DNA of 64,000 nucleotides, taken from assembly GCA_964619705.1 (NCBI GenBank), contig CAZUGF010000004.1, forward strand, positions 25,481 through 89,480, in the 5' to 3' direction. This document shows positions 63,216-64,000 of the stretch, one piece after another (positions within the stretch are counted from its first letter, which is position 1; each line of letters opens with the position of its first letter). The stretch is from an uncultured Bifidobacteriaceae bacterium (lineage in GTDB: Bacteria; Acidobacteriota; Vicinamibacteria; Vicinamibacterales; UBA2999). The notes beneath the pieces are model-generated. The model was not told the origin of the DNA, ran no database searches, and saw only the letters and a list, made by a program, of their open reading frames with translations. Made by a program: the position numbers and the translations under genes.

Positions 63216-63300
63216 GCGCGAATACTACCCCGGGCGCGGGCCTGGCGCGAAGGGCGCACATCCGCCGGGTGCCGCGGGCAGAGATTCGGCGCAGGTGCGT

Positions 63301-64000
<700 letters not shown>

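Overview
Very GC-rich chromosomal segment (about two thirds to 70% GC by eye, not computed). It is densely packed with about 50 protein-coding genes. I found no rRNA, tRNA, CRISPR array, transposase, integrase or prophage module. The gene content (an orphan duplicated MacB/FtsX-type ADOP permease, a type III glutamine synthetase, many secreted M16/M10/M49 metalloproteases, lpxD/lpxB) suggests a diderm soil bacterium, possibly Acidobacteriota-like; this is inference only.

Most of the window is recognisable housekeeping or accessory metabolism:
- dnaK (5' truncated) and hsp20
- gatCA
- a TetR-controlled MFP-RND-OMF efflux locus
- an AI-2E transporter
- glnN
- fadD
- lpxD and lpxB
- an osmoprotectant-type ABC transporter
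- acnA, queG, algH
- copZ-copA-csoR
- typA
- gdh and amt (5' truncated at the window end)

The best candidate for an undescribed system is the co-directional, partly overlapping cluster at 36164-43206. It holds three paralogous di-haem c-type cytochromes of the CCP/MauG/RoxA-like kind. A domain-truncated OYE-type flavoprotein with a Cys cluster sits after the first cytochrome, and two small beta-sandwich proteins follow the third.

Other unusual points:
- An RND permease and its outer-membrane factor are encoded as one uninterrupted 1495-codon ORF, with a signal-peptide-like segment at the junction.
- A 250-bp inverted array of G-rich 11-12-nt tandem units lies between two convergent genes.
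- lpxD and lpxB are separated by an M16 peptidase pair inside a roughly 13.8-kb run of tightly coupled genes.
- A translationally coupled trio encodes a secreted protein, a matrixin and a beta-barrel protein.
- A bacterial SWIB-domain protein carries a histone H1-like Lys/Ala tail.

All functional calls rest on motif recognition in the supplied translations. No database search was possible.
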